Notes: generated by a model not told the origin, from the sequence alone. DNA of 47,807 nt from Bacteroidales bacterium (GCA_035389045.1 DAOORA010000031.1:1-47807), one strand, 5' to 3'; numbered from the stretch's first letter, positions 18,102 through 28,557 are shown. Translations and numbers: made by a program.

Positions 18102-19508
18102 TCAGACTTTGCTCATATCAATCTCGAATTTGATCATGTCATTTTCCTTGCAATGCAGTACGCACTGGTCGCAAATGGAAAGTTCACCTTTGAGGCGTTT
18201 GATAATCATAGCATCGAGGCGTTCACGAAGTACGCCGATATTGATTTTATTTACAATTTCACCGGCAAAGGCATACATCAGCAACATGCGGGCATTTCGG
18301 TCGCAAATACCGCGTGATTTGAGGTAGAAGAGGGCTTCGGGGTCAAGTTGTCCGACGGTAGCGCCATGACTGCATTTTACATCGTCGGCATAGATTTCGA
18401 GGAAGGGTTTGCTGCTGACATGGGCTGTATCGGTCAGTAATATGTTTTTATTGCTTTGATAAGCTTCGGTTTTCTGGGCATCGCGGCATACGTGGATATG
18501 TCCGTTGAATACGGCGCTGGCATTGTCATCGATAATGCCTTTGAATTGCTCGAAACTTGTGGTTTCGGGAGCTATATGATCGGCATAAACCTGATTATCC
18601 ACATGTTGTTCCCTGTCTACCAGATAAAGTCCGTAGATCTTTGCTTCGGCTCCAGTCCCTTTTAAGGAAACATAGGTCTCATTGCGCATCACGCCCCCGT
18701 TCAGGGTAAGTGTATTGGTGTTGAGCCGGCTGTTTTTTTCCAGGTTGAAAAAGCTGTTGGTGATCACTGTCGACAGATTGTCTTTGTTCTGTAGTTTATA
18801 ATAATCTAGGCATGCATTTTCGTCAAGAAAGACTTCAGAACATGCGTTGATAAAACTTTTTTGGTGTTTTATAGAATCATCGCAATAAACCAAAGTGAGT
18901 TTTGCATTTTTGCCGAGGATGATCAGATTGCGGGGCTGGATAAAAAGGTTCTCGCCGGTATTGACAATATTAACCATTTGCACCGGCTTTTCTACAGTGA
19001 TATTGTCAGGAATATAAATGAATATACCATCCTGGGCAAAAGCCGTGTTCAATGCAGTCAGTCCGTTATTATCAATATGAGCAATTTTACCATAATGTCT
19101 GCTGATGATTTCGGGATGGATTTTAAAGGCATGAGCCATGCTTCCGACAATGACTCCGTTGTGAAATTCAGTGAGGGGGTATTGTTTGTATACATACCAG
19201 CCGTTAAGCTGGGTGAAAAGGAGTGTTTCGAAATTACTGATCTCGCAACGGAAGATTTTATCTACATCAATTTTTTCTTCAGAGGGTTCGAAGTAAAAAT
19301 TATATTCCGGTGCGAGGGAATCGATCAGGCTGGTGCTTCTCCACTCTTCTGCGGTTTGAGTAGGAAAACCATTGACTGAAAATGAATTTAACGCAGCAAA
19401 TCTTAAATTGCTGACATAGGGTGAATCGTTAATGCAAATTTCAGTTTTAAATTTATCGAACAAATCTGCGAGTTGATCTTTTTGGGGAACAAGTGATGCT
19501 GCTTTCAT
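18102..19508 (-). CDS. sufD: Fe-S assembly protein SufD
   Basis: EEWR, LNTAF, AQKT...N.LL and LEIYADDVKCSHGATVGQLD motifs. Confidence 0.92.
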   Translation of the reverse strand: MKAASLVPQKDQLADLFDKFKTEICINDSPYVSNLRFAALNSFSVNGFPTQTAEEWRSTSLIDSLAPEYNFYFEPSEEKIDVDKIFRCEISNFETLLFTQLNGWYVYKQYPLTEFHNGVIVGSMAHAFKIHPEIISRHYGKIAHIDNNGLTALNTAFAQDGIFIYIPDNITVEKPVQMVNIVNTGENLFIQPRNLIILGKNAKLTLVYCDDSIKHQKSFINACSEVFLDENACLDYYKLQNKDNLSTVITNSFFNLEKNSRLNTNTLTLNGGVMRNETYVSLKGTGAEAKIYGLYLVDREQHVDNQVYADHIAPETTSFEQFKGIIDDNASAVFNGHIHVCRDAQKTEAYQSNKNILLTDTAHVSSKPFLEIYADDVKCSHGATVGQLDPEALFYLKSRGICDRNARMLLMYAFAGEIVNKINIGVLRERLDAMIIKRLKGELSICDQCVLHCKENDMIKFEIDMSKV

Positions 19509-19511
19509 CTT

Positions 19512-20273
19512 TTATTTGTTTTCGAGTTCCTCTTTGATCCAGTCGTAACCTTTTGATTCAAGTTCGAGTGCAAGTTCTTTGCCTCCTGATTTGACGATAC
19601 GCCCTTCAAAAAGCACATGCACAAAGTCGGGGATGATATAGTCGAGTAAGCGTTGATAATGTGTGATCACGATAAAAGCGTTATCCGGGCGTTTGAGTTT
19701 GTTCACGCCATTGGCAACAATTTTCAGGGCATCGATATCGAGGCCTGAATCGGTTTCATCAAGAATGGCAAGGGTTGGTTCCAGCATGGCCATCTGGAAT
19801 ATTTCATTACGTTTTTTTTCGCCTCCCGAAAAGCCTTCGTTCACCGAACGGTTGGTGAGGTTGGATTGAATTTCCACCATTTTCTTTTTTTCATCCATGA
19901 GTTTCAGGAATTCGACGGCTGTGAGCGAAGGTAATCCTTTGTATTTCCGGTGTTCGTCCACTGCCGTTTTCATGAAATTGGTCATACTCACTCCCGGAAT
20001 TTCCACAGGATACTGAAATCCCAGAAATATGCCTTCGCGCGAACGTGTTTCCACAGGAACACTTAAGAGGTCTTTACCTTTATAAAGCACTTCTCCTTCG
20101 TTAACCTCAAAATAGTCGCGTCCGGCAATGACTGATGCCAGCGTACTTTTTCCGGTGCCGTTGGGACCCATTATGGCATGAATTTCACCTTCATTAACGC
20201 ATAGGTCAAGACCTTTGATGATCTTTTTATTATTGATAGATACTTTTAGGTTTTTGATTTCAAGCAGGGGCAT
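19512..20273 (-). CDS. sufC: Fe-S assembly ATPase SufC
   Basis: GPNGTGKST, FQYPVEIPGV, NEGFSGGEKKRNE and LDETDSGLDIDAL motifs. Confidence 0.97.
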   Translation of the reverse strand: MPLLEIKNLKVSINNKKIIKGLDLCVNEGEIHAIMGPNGTGKSTLASVIAGRDYFEVNEGEVLYKGKDLLSVPVETRSREGIFLGFQYPVEIPGVSMTNFMKTAVDEHRKYKGLPSLTAVEFLKLMDEKKKMVEIQSNLTNRSVNEGFSGGEKKRNEIFQMAMLEPTLAILDETDSGLDIDALKIVANGVNKLKRPDNAFIVITHYQRLLDYIIPDFVHVLFEGRIVKSGGKELALELESKGYDWIKEELENK

Positions 20274-20295
20274 TGTACTATGATTTAATAAAGAA

Positions 20296-20303
20296 CAAAA
20301 TTA
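20296..20303 (-). promoter_or_regulatory. -7 promoter element (TAATTTTG) for the suf operon
   Basis: TAnnTTTG 22 nt upstream of the sufC ATG. Confidence 0.6.
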
Positions 20304-20386
20304 GGGAATATTTTGTTGTTATTTAAACTTAATAAAAATAATTTACTTCAACAACTTCCGTGAAAGAGGTTTCCTTTTAAAAGAGT

Positions 20387-22663
20387 TTACTTTTTCAGTT
20401 TGGTCAGCATTTTAAGTTTTGCTTCGAGCAAGGCAAGTTCCTGTTTTGTATTGTTGATCTTATTCTCGAATTCTTCTTTCAGCAGATTCCCTTTTTTGGA
20501 ACTGGCCAGGAATCCTATATTGTTTTCCCAAAGTTTGATGTCGTTTTTCAGCATATTGATTTTCCCCTCAAGTTGCATACGTTCATAAGATAATGCCCTG
20601 GCTGCCTCAGGAGAATTCTGAAGGTTTTCAATGCGGTTTTTATATGTCAGGGTATTGATCTCGACCGATGAGATTTTAAGTTTTTCCATCAGTTGATTCA
20701 CGACCTTGCGATAGGTGTTTTGTAGTTGTTCTTTATTATCCATCGGCACATGTCCGATTTCCATCCATTCGCGCTGGAAATTCTTCAGTGCTTCGAGATT
20801 TTCATTTTTATTTTCTGTGAACTCAAATGAATTCATTCGATCGATCAGCTCTTCTTTCTTCTTCAGGTTTTCTTTTTCGATTTCCTTAATATTTGCGAAG
20901 TAGGAAGATTTTTTTGTAAAGAATTCATCACAGGCGGTACGAAATCGTTTCCAGATCTTATCCGAGTATCGTTTGGGCACAGGGCCTATTTTTCTCCATT
21001 CCTGCTGCAGTTTCAGCATCTCAGTTGTGGATTGTTTCCAGTTGGTATTATTAACGAGTGCTTCTGCCTGGTTGCAGAGGTCGAGTTTTTGGTTGTAATT
21101 GGTTAACTGTTGTTCTTTAAGTTCTCCGAAAAATTCTTTTTTGTTGGTAAAGAAGATAGTGACAGCATTGCGAAAGCGTTCCCAAATCTCATCATTGTGC
21201 TTAACAGGGGCACGGCCTATATTTTCCCATAGTTCCTGCATTTCGAGAACCTGTTCGGTTTTTATTTTCCATTCGTTGCTGTTCGTAATTTCTTCGGTAT
21301 TAATGGCTTCAATTTTCTCGCACAGCGCTGATTTGGCCAGGAAATTATTTTCCTGTTCCGTATTGAGTTTTGTATAATAGTCTTTACGCTGATCATTGAT
21401 GTTATCCGAAACCGTTTTGAACCGTTCCCATATCTCATCTTTTTTGTCCTGCATCACCGGGCCTATCTCTTTCCATTCGTCATGGTATTTCTGAAGGAGC
21501 TTAAAGGACCGGGTGATTGATTTTTCGAGCAGCAGTTCTTCAGCTTTTTCGCAGAGTTGAATCTTTAATTCGAGATTTTTCTTCAGGTCGAGGTCTTTCA
21601 GTTCTTTGCTGATCTTTACTTTTTCGAAGAATTTTTCAACAAGAAAATGATAATTATTCCACAATCCTTCAATTTCTATGCGGGGTACCTGGCCGATCTG
21701 CCTCCATTTATCCTGAAGGTTTTTAAAGTCATCGTAAGTCTTTTTTAGAGAATCTTCGGAGCTGATCAGCTGTTTGATCTCTTCGAGTATTTGCTTTTTC
21801 AGTTCAAGGTTTTTCAGTTTTATTTTTTCCTGTTCAATTTCATAAAGGGCTTTCTTTTCTTTATACATGTCGAAAGCGGCTTTATAGCGTTCTTCCAGGG
21901 GGTCTGCAGGAGGGATGTACTCCTCTTTGCTTCCGCCGTCGGCAAGATGTCTTTCAAGGTGCTCCTGTTTTTCTTTTTTCAGAAAATTGATATAAGCTAC
22001 TTTAATTCCGGATACCCTGGCTTTGATTTTGTTAATCTCGTGATCTCTTACAAGGTTTTCCAGCAATTCAACAAGTTTTTCTTTTGGTAACGTGCTGTAT
22101 GAAACAATTTCTTCATTTTCGTTTTCCTCCTCATTTTCAGTATCTTCCGCGGAAAATTCTTTATCGCTGAGTAGTTCATCATCATCAGATTTTTTTGCTT
22201 TGGTGCTTTTTGTACCTGCAGCTCTTTTACCGGGTTTATTGCGTTTGTGTTCGCTATGTGCGGGGTCGGTTACTTCCGGGGTCACAGAAATTACTTTTTC
22301 AGATTCCGTCGTCTGGATGATTTCAGCATCGGTTTCATTTGTTAAAGGTGATGGCTGTTCGTTTGTCTTTCCTGACTCAGCAACAGCGTCAGCCGTTTCG
22401 GATTCTGTTTGTACTGCTTTACGAAAGGTTTCAGCGTGTTCCGTTTCAATTTTTACCGTTACAGGTGTTTCTGAAGTAACAGAAATTTTTTCTTCTGCTT
22501 CGATGGGATGGCTGATTTCAGTATCAGTTGCTTTTCCGGATTGTAATGCCTGTTCTTCTGATGTTTCAGGACTGGTTGCATTAATGGGCACATCCACCGG
22601 AAGTGCGTTTTCACCTGCAGGTGTTCCGATATTTTCGGAATTCAGATCAGTTGTTTCATTCAT
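20387..22663 (-). CDS. DUF349 domain-containing protein
   Basis: Repeated N...K..LC..AE...W..IG.VP....WERF units after a long acidic disordered N-terminus. Confidence 0.9.
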   Translation of the reverse strand: MNETTDLNSENIGTPAGENALPVDVPINATSPETSEEQALQSGKATDTEISHPIEAEEKISVTSETPVTVKIETEHAETFRKAVQTESETADAVAESGKTNEQPSPLTNETDAEIIQTTESEKVISVTPEVTDPAHSEHKRNKPGKRAAGTKSTKAKKSDDDELLSDKEFSAEDTENEEENENEEIVSYSTLPKEKLVELLENLVRDHEINKIKARVSGIKVAYINFLKKEKQEHLERHLADGGSKEEYIPPADPLEERYKAAFDMYKEKKALYEIEQEKIKLKNLELKKQILEEIKQLISSEDSLKKTYDDFKNLQDKWRQIGQVPRIEIEGLWNNYHFLVEKFFEKVKISKELKDLDLKKNLELKIQLCEKAEELLLEKSITRSFKLLQKYHDEWKEIGPVMQDKKDEIWERFKTVSDNINDQRKDYYTKLNTEQENNFLAKSALCEKIEAINTEEITNSNEWKIKTEQVLEMQELWENIGRAPVKHNDEIWERFRNAVTIFFTNKKEFFGELKEQQLTNYNQKLDLCNQAEALVNNTNWKQSTTEMLKLQQEWRKIGPVPKRYSDKIWKRFRTACDEFFTKKSSYFANIKEIEKENLKKKEELIDRMNSFEFTENKNENLEALKNFQREWMEIGHVPMDNKEQLQNTYRKVVNQLMEKLKISSVEINTLTYKNRIENLQNSPEAARALSYERMQLEGKINMLKNDIKLWENNIGFLASSKKGNLLKEEFENKINNTKQELALLEAKLKMLTKLKK

Positions 22664-22734
22664 GACATTTCACTATTAATTATAAAAAAATACCGAAACC
22701 TTACGGAATCAGTAAAGAAGGTTACAAAAGACTG

Positions 22735-22742
22735 CAAAGGTA
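22735..22742 (-). promoter_or_regulatory. -7 promoter element (TACCTTTG) for the DUF349 gene
   Basis: TACCTTTGCA on the minus strand about 70 nt upstream of the ATG. Confidence 0.65.
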
Positions 22743-22794
22743 ATATATTTTAATTAGCCGAAACATATATTTTATATTAATAAGAATGTTGATA

Positions 22795-25092
22795 TTATTC
22801 AAGTCCTCTTTTATTAAACATGAAATACCCGATATTGAACATAATGGAAAAGGGGTTGTCCTTTTTATGGTAATAGGAGAGGCTTAGACTGATAGGGCAG
22901 ACAGGACTGTTATACACCAGGGCTGCATAACCAAGAAATGTCCTGGAATCGAATATTTTTCCGTAGTGGGCTTTATAGTTTTCATCTCTCTTGATTTCCT
23001 GATAAGGTTGAAAGATATAACCTTCGAGGCGGAAATGAATTTTTTTATAAATATTAAAAATATTTTTCATGCCTGCAGCGGCAAAAGCATTTGCCCGCAA
23101 ACTGGGCACAAAGAATGCCTTGCTTTCGTTGGTTGGCTGAAAGGCCGGCGCTGAGAGCAAGCTGGAAGTATAGTTGCTGAATAAGGGTTTGTTGGTAATG
23201 ACCATTTCGGTGTAGAGTCCGATACTATATAATTTTGATGTTTTAAAATAGTTATCGTATTTAAATTTTACCTGAAACCAGTGGCGTGATTTTGCAAATA
23301 TTTCATCAACAGGAGAGGTTGAGCCCGGAGTATTATGTTCTTTTCCATAAATATACCGTGCATCCAAAAGTATGGTATTGCCGGATGTGGGGTATTGTCT
23401 CATGTTGAGTGAACTTCGGTTATAAAGTGTATGGAGTGTTAGAAAATCAAAGGAGGTGCGGTCTGCCGTATCTGTGCGTGAGAAGTTATTGGTCTGGTAA
23501 TAATTATTTCGAATCTGTCCTATTGCGGGTCCGACAATAAATTTTCCTTTGGTGCCTGCCGGCATGGCAAATTCAATAATAAAATTAACTTCGTTTTCGA
23601 TGAGGTACGATGGCATTTCATCATTAAAGAAGCGTATGGTGGTCTTAAAATAATCCCATTTATTCCATGAAAGCGATGACTCTAGTGAAAATGGCACACG
23701 GGTGGGAAAATCAAGCCTGTTTTTCAGACAAAAAGAACTGTAAAACCTTCCGATATAAGAATTGACTGAAAGTTTTGATGCAGCGAGGCCAAGGTATTTA
23801 TATTGCAATCCGATATATGCGCCTGTAATGCTGCTTGATGAGATCAGTCCTCCGAGTTGTGCATTGAAATTTTTATCCCGTTTAACATCGAGATTCAGGG
23901 TAAAATAACCTGTTTTTTTATTGTAATAGGCTTTAGGATAAATAGATTCAATCTTATCGTCGGCTATCAGCCTGAAATATTCTTCTTTAAGCTGTTCTCC
24001 GTTGAGAATGGAATCTTTATGCATGATCGATTTCCGGATGTAGACAGATTGCACGGGATTTACACCTGTAATGTTTATGGAGTCAAAAAGTAATGGTGGC
24101 TTTTTATTAATAAATTCTTGTCTTTGCTGATCCCGTTGTTCTTTACAAACCGAGTCATGAACAAAAAACCTGATGTCGTCTATTCTATCAAGTGCAGCGT
24201 AATAACCAATGGTGATGATTTCTTTTGAATTATCGAAATTCAGCAGGTTCATTTTAGGTAATTTCGGAGATATCATGATGCTGTTTTCACAGATAACACT
24301 GTAGTTGGTATTAGTCGTCAGCATATTTTCAATCTGTTCCACCACATTGTTCTCGTCTATTGAACTGGTACTCCAGTTAGAAGCTACATTGCTTCCGATG
24401 ATGATATCCGGATAAAAATCTTCCAGGGCCACATCCGACGGGAAATTATTATACATCCCACCGTCGAAAAGTAAGCGGTTATCAATTTTAATTGGTTTGA
24501 AATAGAAAGGATAAGTCATAGAAGCCCGGACAGCCTCAGGTAAATAGCCTCTTTTGAAGGACACTGCTTTTTTTTCGGCAACATCTGCAGCAACACACCG
24601 GAAAGGGATATAGAGACTGTCGAAGTCTTCATCGGCTGCCACTCCGGCAGATGCCAGAAAATACATCATGCCAAAATCAACCTGGTAAGGAGAAATGATG
24701 TTGGTAGGTAATTTATAACTAAGGATGGTATCGTAATTAAATTTGAAATTGATCCATGAGGCATCAGGAGCGTCTTCTTTATAATAGAATATGTATTTAT
24801 TTTCAATGGTTCCTTTTGCCCAGTTTAAAAATTCTTCCGTGGTGAAAATCTTTTCGATCTGATCAGGGGTATATCCTGCAACATACATACCGGCAACGAT
24901 AGCCCCAATAGACGTGCCGGCGATATAATCAATGGGAATGCAGTTTTCTTCTAAAGCTCGCAATACACCGATATGGGCACAACCCTTAGCGCCGCCACCG
25001 CTCAGCACAACAGCCACTTTTTGGGCTTCTGCGGATACGTAAAAATTAATAATTACTATTAAAGTGATTAATATTCCCCGAAAATTGTACAT
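22795..25092 (-). CDS. Patatin-like phospholipase with C-terminal beta-barrel (PlpD-like)
   Basis: Signal peptide; LSGGGAKG oxyanion loop, GTSIG nucleophile, DGG; beta-strand-rich C-terminal half. Confidence 0.88.
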   Translation of the reverse strand: MYNFRGILITLIVIINFYVSAEAQKVAVVLSGGGAKGCAHIGVLRALEENCIPIDYIAGTSIGAIVAGMYVAGYTPDQIEKIFTTEEFLNWAKGTIENKYIFYYKEDAPDASWINFKFNYDTILSYKLPTNIISPYQVDFGMMYFLASAGVAADEDFDSLYIPFRCVAADVAEKKAVSFKRGYLPEAVRASMTYPFYFKPIKIDNRLLFDGGMYNNFPSDVALEDFYPDIIIGSNVASNWSTSSIDENNVVEQIENMLTTNTNYSVICENSIMISPKLPKMNLLNFDNSKEIITIGYYAALDRIDDIRFFVHDSVCKEQRDQQRQEFINKKPPLLFDSINITGVNPVQSVYIRKSIMHKDSILNGEQLKEEYFRLIADDKIESIYPKAYYNKKTGYFTLNLDVKRDKNFNAQLGGLISSSSITGAYIGLQYKYLGLAASKLSVNSYIGRFYSSFCLKNRLDFPTRVPFSLESSLSWNKWDYFKTTIRFFNDEMPSYLIENEVNFIIEFAMPAGTKGKFIVGPAIGQIRNNYYQTNNFSRTDTADRTSFDFLTLHTLYNRSSLNMRQYPTSGNTILLDARYIYGKEHNTPGSTSPVDEIFAKSRHWFQVKFKYDNYFKTSKLYSIGLYTEMVITNKPLFSNYTSSLLSAPAFQPTNESKAFFVPSLRANAFAAAGMKNIFNIYKKIHFRLEGYIFQPYQEIKRDENYKAHYGKIFDSRTFLGYAALVYNSPVCPISLSLSYYHKKDNPFSIMFNIGYFMFNKRGLE

Positions 25093-25138
25093 GATATATT
25101 GAAAATATAAAGGTATTAAAAAAGGGGATACTATCGGT

Positions 25139-26320
25139 TTAAATTTTATTTAAAGCCTGGTCTAAATCTTCAATAATATCTTCCACATCTTCAATACCTA
25201 CAGAAAAGCGTACCAGTCCATCCGTTATGCCGGCTGCTTCCCGTTTTTCTCTGGCTATTTTTGAATGAGTCATGGAGGCCGGATGCTGTATCAGGGTTTC
25301 GACACCTCCCAGTGATACGGCGAGCAATGCCAGCTTAACATTATTCATCAGGATAGTTCCGGCTTCGATGCCGCCTTTAAGTTCGAAACTGACCATACAG
25401 CCGGGGCCATCCATTTGCTTTTGTCCCAGTTCGTATTGCGGATGCGATTTTAATCCGGGGTATTTTACCCAGGCAACTTTAGGATGTTTTTCGAGAAATT
25501 CCGATATCCGGATGGCATTTTGCTGAGCCCTGTCGATACGGACAGCCAGTGTTTTCAACCCCCGGTGTGCAAGAAATGCCTGATGGGGGTCAATATTAAA
25601 GCCCATATTAACCATTATCGGGCGGATAATATCATAATAGTTCTTGTCTTTAGTGACAATGATCCCGCCGACAATATCCGCATGGCCATTGATAAATTTG
25701 GTCATGGAGTGCAGGACAACATCGGCGCCGAGGTCGAGAGGCCTTTGCAGGTATGGGCTGCAGAAAGTATTGTCCACCACAAGGGGTAACCCGTGCCGGT
25801 GCGCAATGGCTGCGGCAGCTTCAATATCAATGATATCCATCGTGGGATTGGCAGGTGTTTCGATGTATATCATCTTCGTATTGGGCAGTATCGATTTTTC
25901 AATATTTTCGGGTTTTGATGCATTAATGTATGTATTTTCAACGCCGAACCTGGGGAAAATGGTTTCAATAATTCCTCTGGCTGGTCCGTAAATAGCATCA
26001 TGGCTTACAATATGAGCTCCATTCGACAGAAAGGCCATATAAACAGAGCTGATAGCGCCCATTCCCGATGTGGTGGCTATGCCGTCGTAACCATTTTCGA
26101 GAGCGGCAACAGCTTGTTCCAGGGCTTTTATTGTTGGATTCCCGATACGGGTATAAATATAGCCTTTGGTTTCGCCCGAAAAACATTTAGCCCCATGTTC
26201 GGCGTCTTCAAAGGCAAAGGTTGATGTCTGGTAAATCGGTACAACGGCGCTGCCATACTGATCTTTGATTTCTCCGCCGTGGATGACTTTTGAATTGAAC
26301 CGCATATTATCTTTTTCCAT
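25139..26320 (-). CDS. Methionine gamma-lyase / Cys-Met metabolism PLP enzyme
   Basis: PIYQTSTF, YIYTRIGNPT, ETPANP, VDNTF, HSMTKFINGH and AVSLGGVETLIQHPASMTH motifs. Confidence 0.88.
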   Translation of the reverse strand: MEKDNMRFNSKVIHGGEIKDQYGSAVVPIYQTSTFAFEDAEHGAKCFSGETKGYIYTRIGNPTIKALEQAVAALENGYDGIATTSGMGAISSVYMAFLSNGAHIVSHDAIYGPARGIIETIFPRFGVENTYINASKPENIEKSILPNTKMIYIETPANPTMDIIDIEAAAAIAHRHGLPLVVDNTFCSPYLQRPLDLGADVVLHSMTKFINGHADIVGGIIVTKDKNYYDIIRPIMVNMGFNIDPHQAFLAHRGLKTLAVRIDRAQQNAIRISEFLEKHPKVAWVKYPGLKSHPQYELGQKQMDGPGCMVSFELKGGIEAGTILMNNVKLALLAVSLGGVETLIQHPASMTHSKIAREKREAAGITDGLVRFSVGIEDVEDIIEDLDQALNKI

Positions 26321-26337
26321 ATTAAAATTAGTTTCTG

Positions 26338-26345
26338 CAAAATTA
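26338..26345 (-). promoter_or_regulatory. -7 promoter element (TAATTTTG)
   Basis: TAATTTTGCA 17 nt upstream of the lyase ATG. Confidence 0.6.
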
Positions 26346-26419
26346 GGATTTGCGTCTGATTATAATTGAAATTATTGAAATAATTTTTTTGAGCGGTATG
26401 ATCTGATGGCTCTGACAGG

Positions 26420-28546
26420 CTACCTGGCCTTCAGGGCATATTTTTCTGCAAGATATTTGTTTCCCAGGTTCTGATAAGTCAGCGATAATTTGTTCAAAAT
26501 ATCTTTATCATCCGGTTTGATCTTTTCGGCTTCGAGCAGGTAAAACAGCGATTTCTGATAATTACCGGTCAGGCCGTATGCAGTTCCAAGATTACGCAGA
26601 TTTTCAAGGTTTGCAGGATTCAAAGCATATGATTTGTGTAAATATTCGAATGACTTTGGAAAATCGTGATAGATACGGCCATAAATCTCACCGAGTTTGT
26701 TGTAGGCTTTATCGTCACCGGGATTTTTGCTGATCACCCCGTTCAGTATCAGCAGTGCTGAATCAACTTTATTGGTATTGGAGAATACTTCAGCAAGAAG
26801 GTATTCATAATCGCTGTGTTTGGGGACATAACGTATCAGCGTTTTGAGGTTTTCTTCGGCCTGCCTGTAATTACCACCCTGGTAACACGTTATTGCATCT
26901 CCGTGCAGGTAAGCAATGGCATCTGAGTTGTTATTGCTTAATTTCAGAACCTGTTCGAGTGAGAAACGGCTGTTTTTATAATCTTTGATCAGGCGCTGGC
27001 CATAACCAAGAAAAACCCACCCGGAAGTAAAGCCCGGATATATCTGCACTCCTTTTTTTATGTACGTGATGGCTTTTTCAATGGTGCGTATCCGAATGGA
27101 ATCCGGCGTGGTTTCGCTGACACTTTTGATAAGTACCTCTCCGGCACCTACATTGGCTTTGGCACTGTTCGCCGAAGTATTAACATCAGTGGTGTACAAG
27201 GTGTACGAATCTTTCCAGGCAAAATTACGGCTGAGTGTTTTTACCGCATACAGCGATACCAGCAATACTACAAGAATTTTTGCGGTTAAAAGCAGGTTTT
27301 TCTTTATCAGGTATTTATGCATCAGACCGGACAGGGCAATAGTAAAACCCAACAAAGGCGCAAACATGAAACGTTCATTCATAAAAGTTCCAATGTTAAA
27401 AACGAAGTTGGATGAAATAGAGAAGGTGAGCAGGAAAAACAAAGCCGCATAGGCAAGGATGTCTCTCTTCCATATGCGTATCAGGCTGTAAATAGTGATT
27501 GTAAGGTAAACCAGCAATGAAATCAAAACACGAAAATCTGTAAAATCTACTATCGGAATCTGAAAAGGGTAGTAGTCATGGGTAAGAGGATGAGGAAACA
27601 ATACCAGGATCAGGTATTTTCCCCATGTAAAAAAGATTGTAGCATATTTTTCGGCGGTTGAGGCATACAGAAACGGATTGTTCAGGAGTTCTTTGCTTTC
27701 AAACGTATTATTGATAAAGCCCAGTGCATTGTAACGCAGCGCCAGATAAACCGCTACGGAACATAGCATTGGCACTGATACCAAGATGTATTTTTTCAGG
27801 GTTTCTTTATTGATAAAAAATAATGACAACGGAATTATGGCCAGAAAGGTCAGTGCATTTTCTTTGGAAAGCAAGGCTAACGTGAAGGCGATGAAAATCA
27901 GGAGCAGGTTGACATTTTTTCCCTGATTAAAATAACGGACAGAAAAATACAATGCAGCGAGGGAGCCAAGCATAGCCAGCAGTTCGTCACGACCTTTGAT
28001 ATTGGCGACGACTTCGGTATGCAGCGGATGGCAGGTAAAAAACAGTGTGGCCAGAAAAGGTAAAGAAATAAACCATTTTTGGTTGTCGTATTTAATAAAA
28101 ATAATCTTCAGGATCTTCAATAACAGCAAACAAAGCACGCTGTATATCAGCATGTTAAATAGGTGTCCTGCAAACGGGCTGAGGCCGAAGATATGGTATT
28201 CAACAGCAAACATCGCCTGCGACAGGGGGCGGTATCTTCCTCCTGGAAGGTATTCATTGGCCTGGTCGCCAAAAACACCGTAGAAGGAGTTTTTTGTGAA
28301 AATTTCGCCCAGCCCCCGAAACCCTTTTCTGGTAACCTTGTTGTCGGTAATGATCAACCCGTCGTCCAGTGCAAAATCGAAAAACAAGGTGTTTGAATAA
28401 ATAAGCAGGCTTAAGGCCAAAATGATGATGTACTGCAGCCGTGTTTCCGTAAAAAAGGCATTTTTAGCGTTTTTTTTGACGGTTGCCGGCGTTGTCTGTT
28501 TTATTATGCTGTTTTTATCCTTCTGAATCTTTTTTGAGGGTGGCAT
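26420..28546 (-). CDS. TMTC-like GT-C glycosyltransferase with TPR repeats (second paralogue)
   Basis: FALDD, YRPLS, HPLHTEVVANIKGRDE, LSKE, FPHPLTHDY and NERFMF motifs, then TPR repeats. Confidence 0.85.
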   Translation of the reverse strand: MPPSKKIQKDKNSIIKQTTPATVKKNAKNAFFTETRLQYIIILALSLLIYSNTLFFDFALDDGLIITDNKVTRKGFRGLGEIFTKNSFYGVFGDQANEYLPGGRYRPLSQAMFAVEYHIFGLSPFAGHLFNMLIYSVLCLLLLKILKIIFIKYDNQKWFISLPFLATLFFTCHPLHTEVVANIKGRDELLAMLGSLAALYFSVRYFNQGKNVNLLLIFIAFTLALLSKENALTFLAIIPLSLFFINKETLKKYILVSVPMLCSVAVYLALRYNALGFINNTFESKELLNNPFLYASTAEKYATIFFTWGKYLILVLFPHPLTHDYYPFQIPIVDFTDFRVLISLLVYLTITIYSLIRIWKRDILAYAALFFLLTFSISSNFVFNIGTFMNERFMFAPLLGFTIALSGLMHKYLIKKNLLLTAKILVVLLVSLYAVKTLSRNFAWKDSYTLYTTDVNTSANSAKANVGAGEVLIKSVSETTPDSIRIRTIEKAITYIKKGVQIYPGFTSGWVFLGYGQRLIKDYKNSRFSLEQVLKLSNNNSDAIAYLHGDAITCYQGGNYRQAEENLKTLIRYVPKHSDYEYLLAEVFSNTNKVDSALLILNGVISKNPGDDKAYNKLGEIYGRIYHDFPKSFEYLHKSYALNPANLENLRNLGTAYGLTGNYQKSLFYLLEAEKIKPDDKDILNKLSLTYQNLGNKYLAEKYALKAR

Positions 28547-28557
28547 CGTATGCTGTT

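Noticed and set aside
22092..22679. 195-aa Ser-rich plus-strand ORF
   Set aside because: Antisense shadow of the low-complexity acidic N-terminus of the DUF349 gene.
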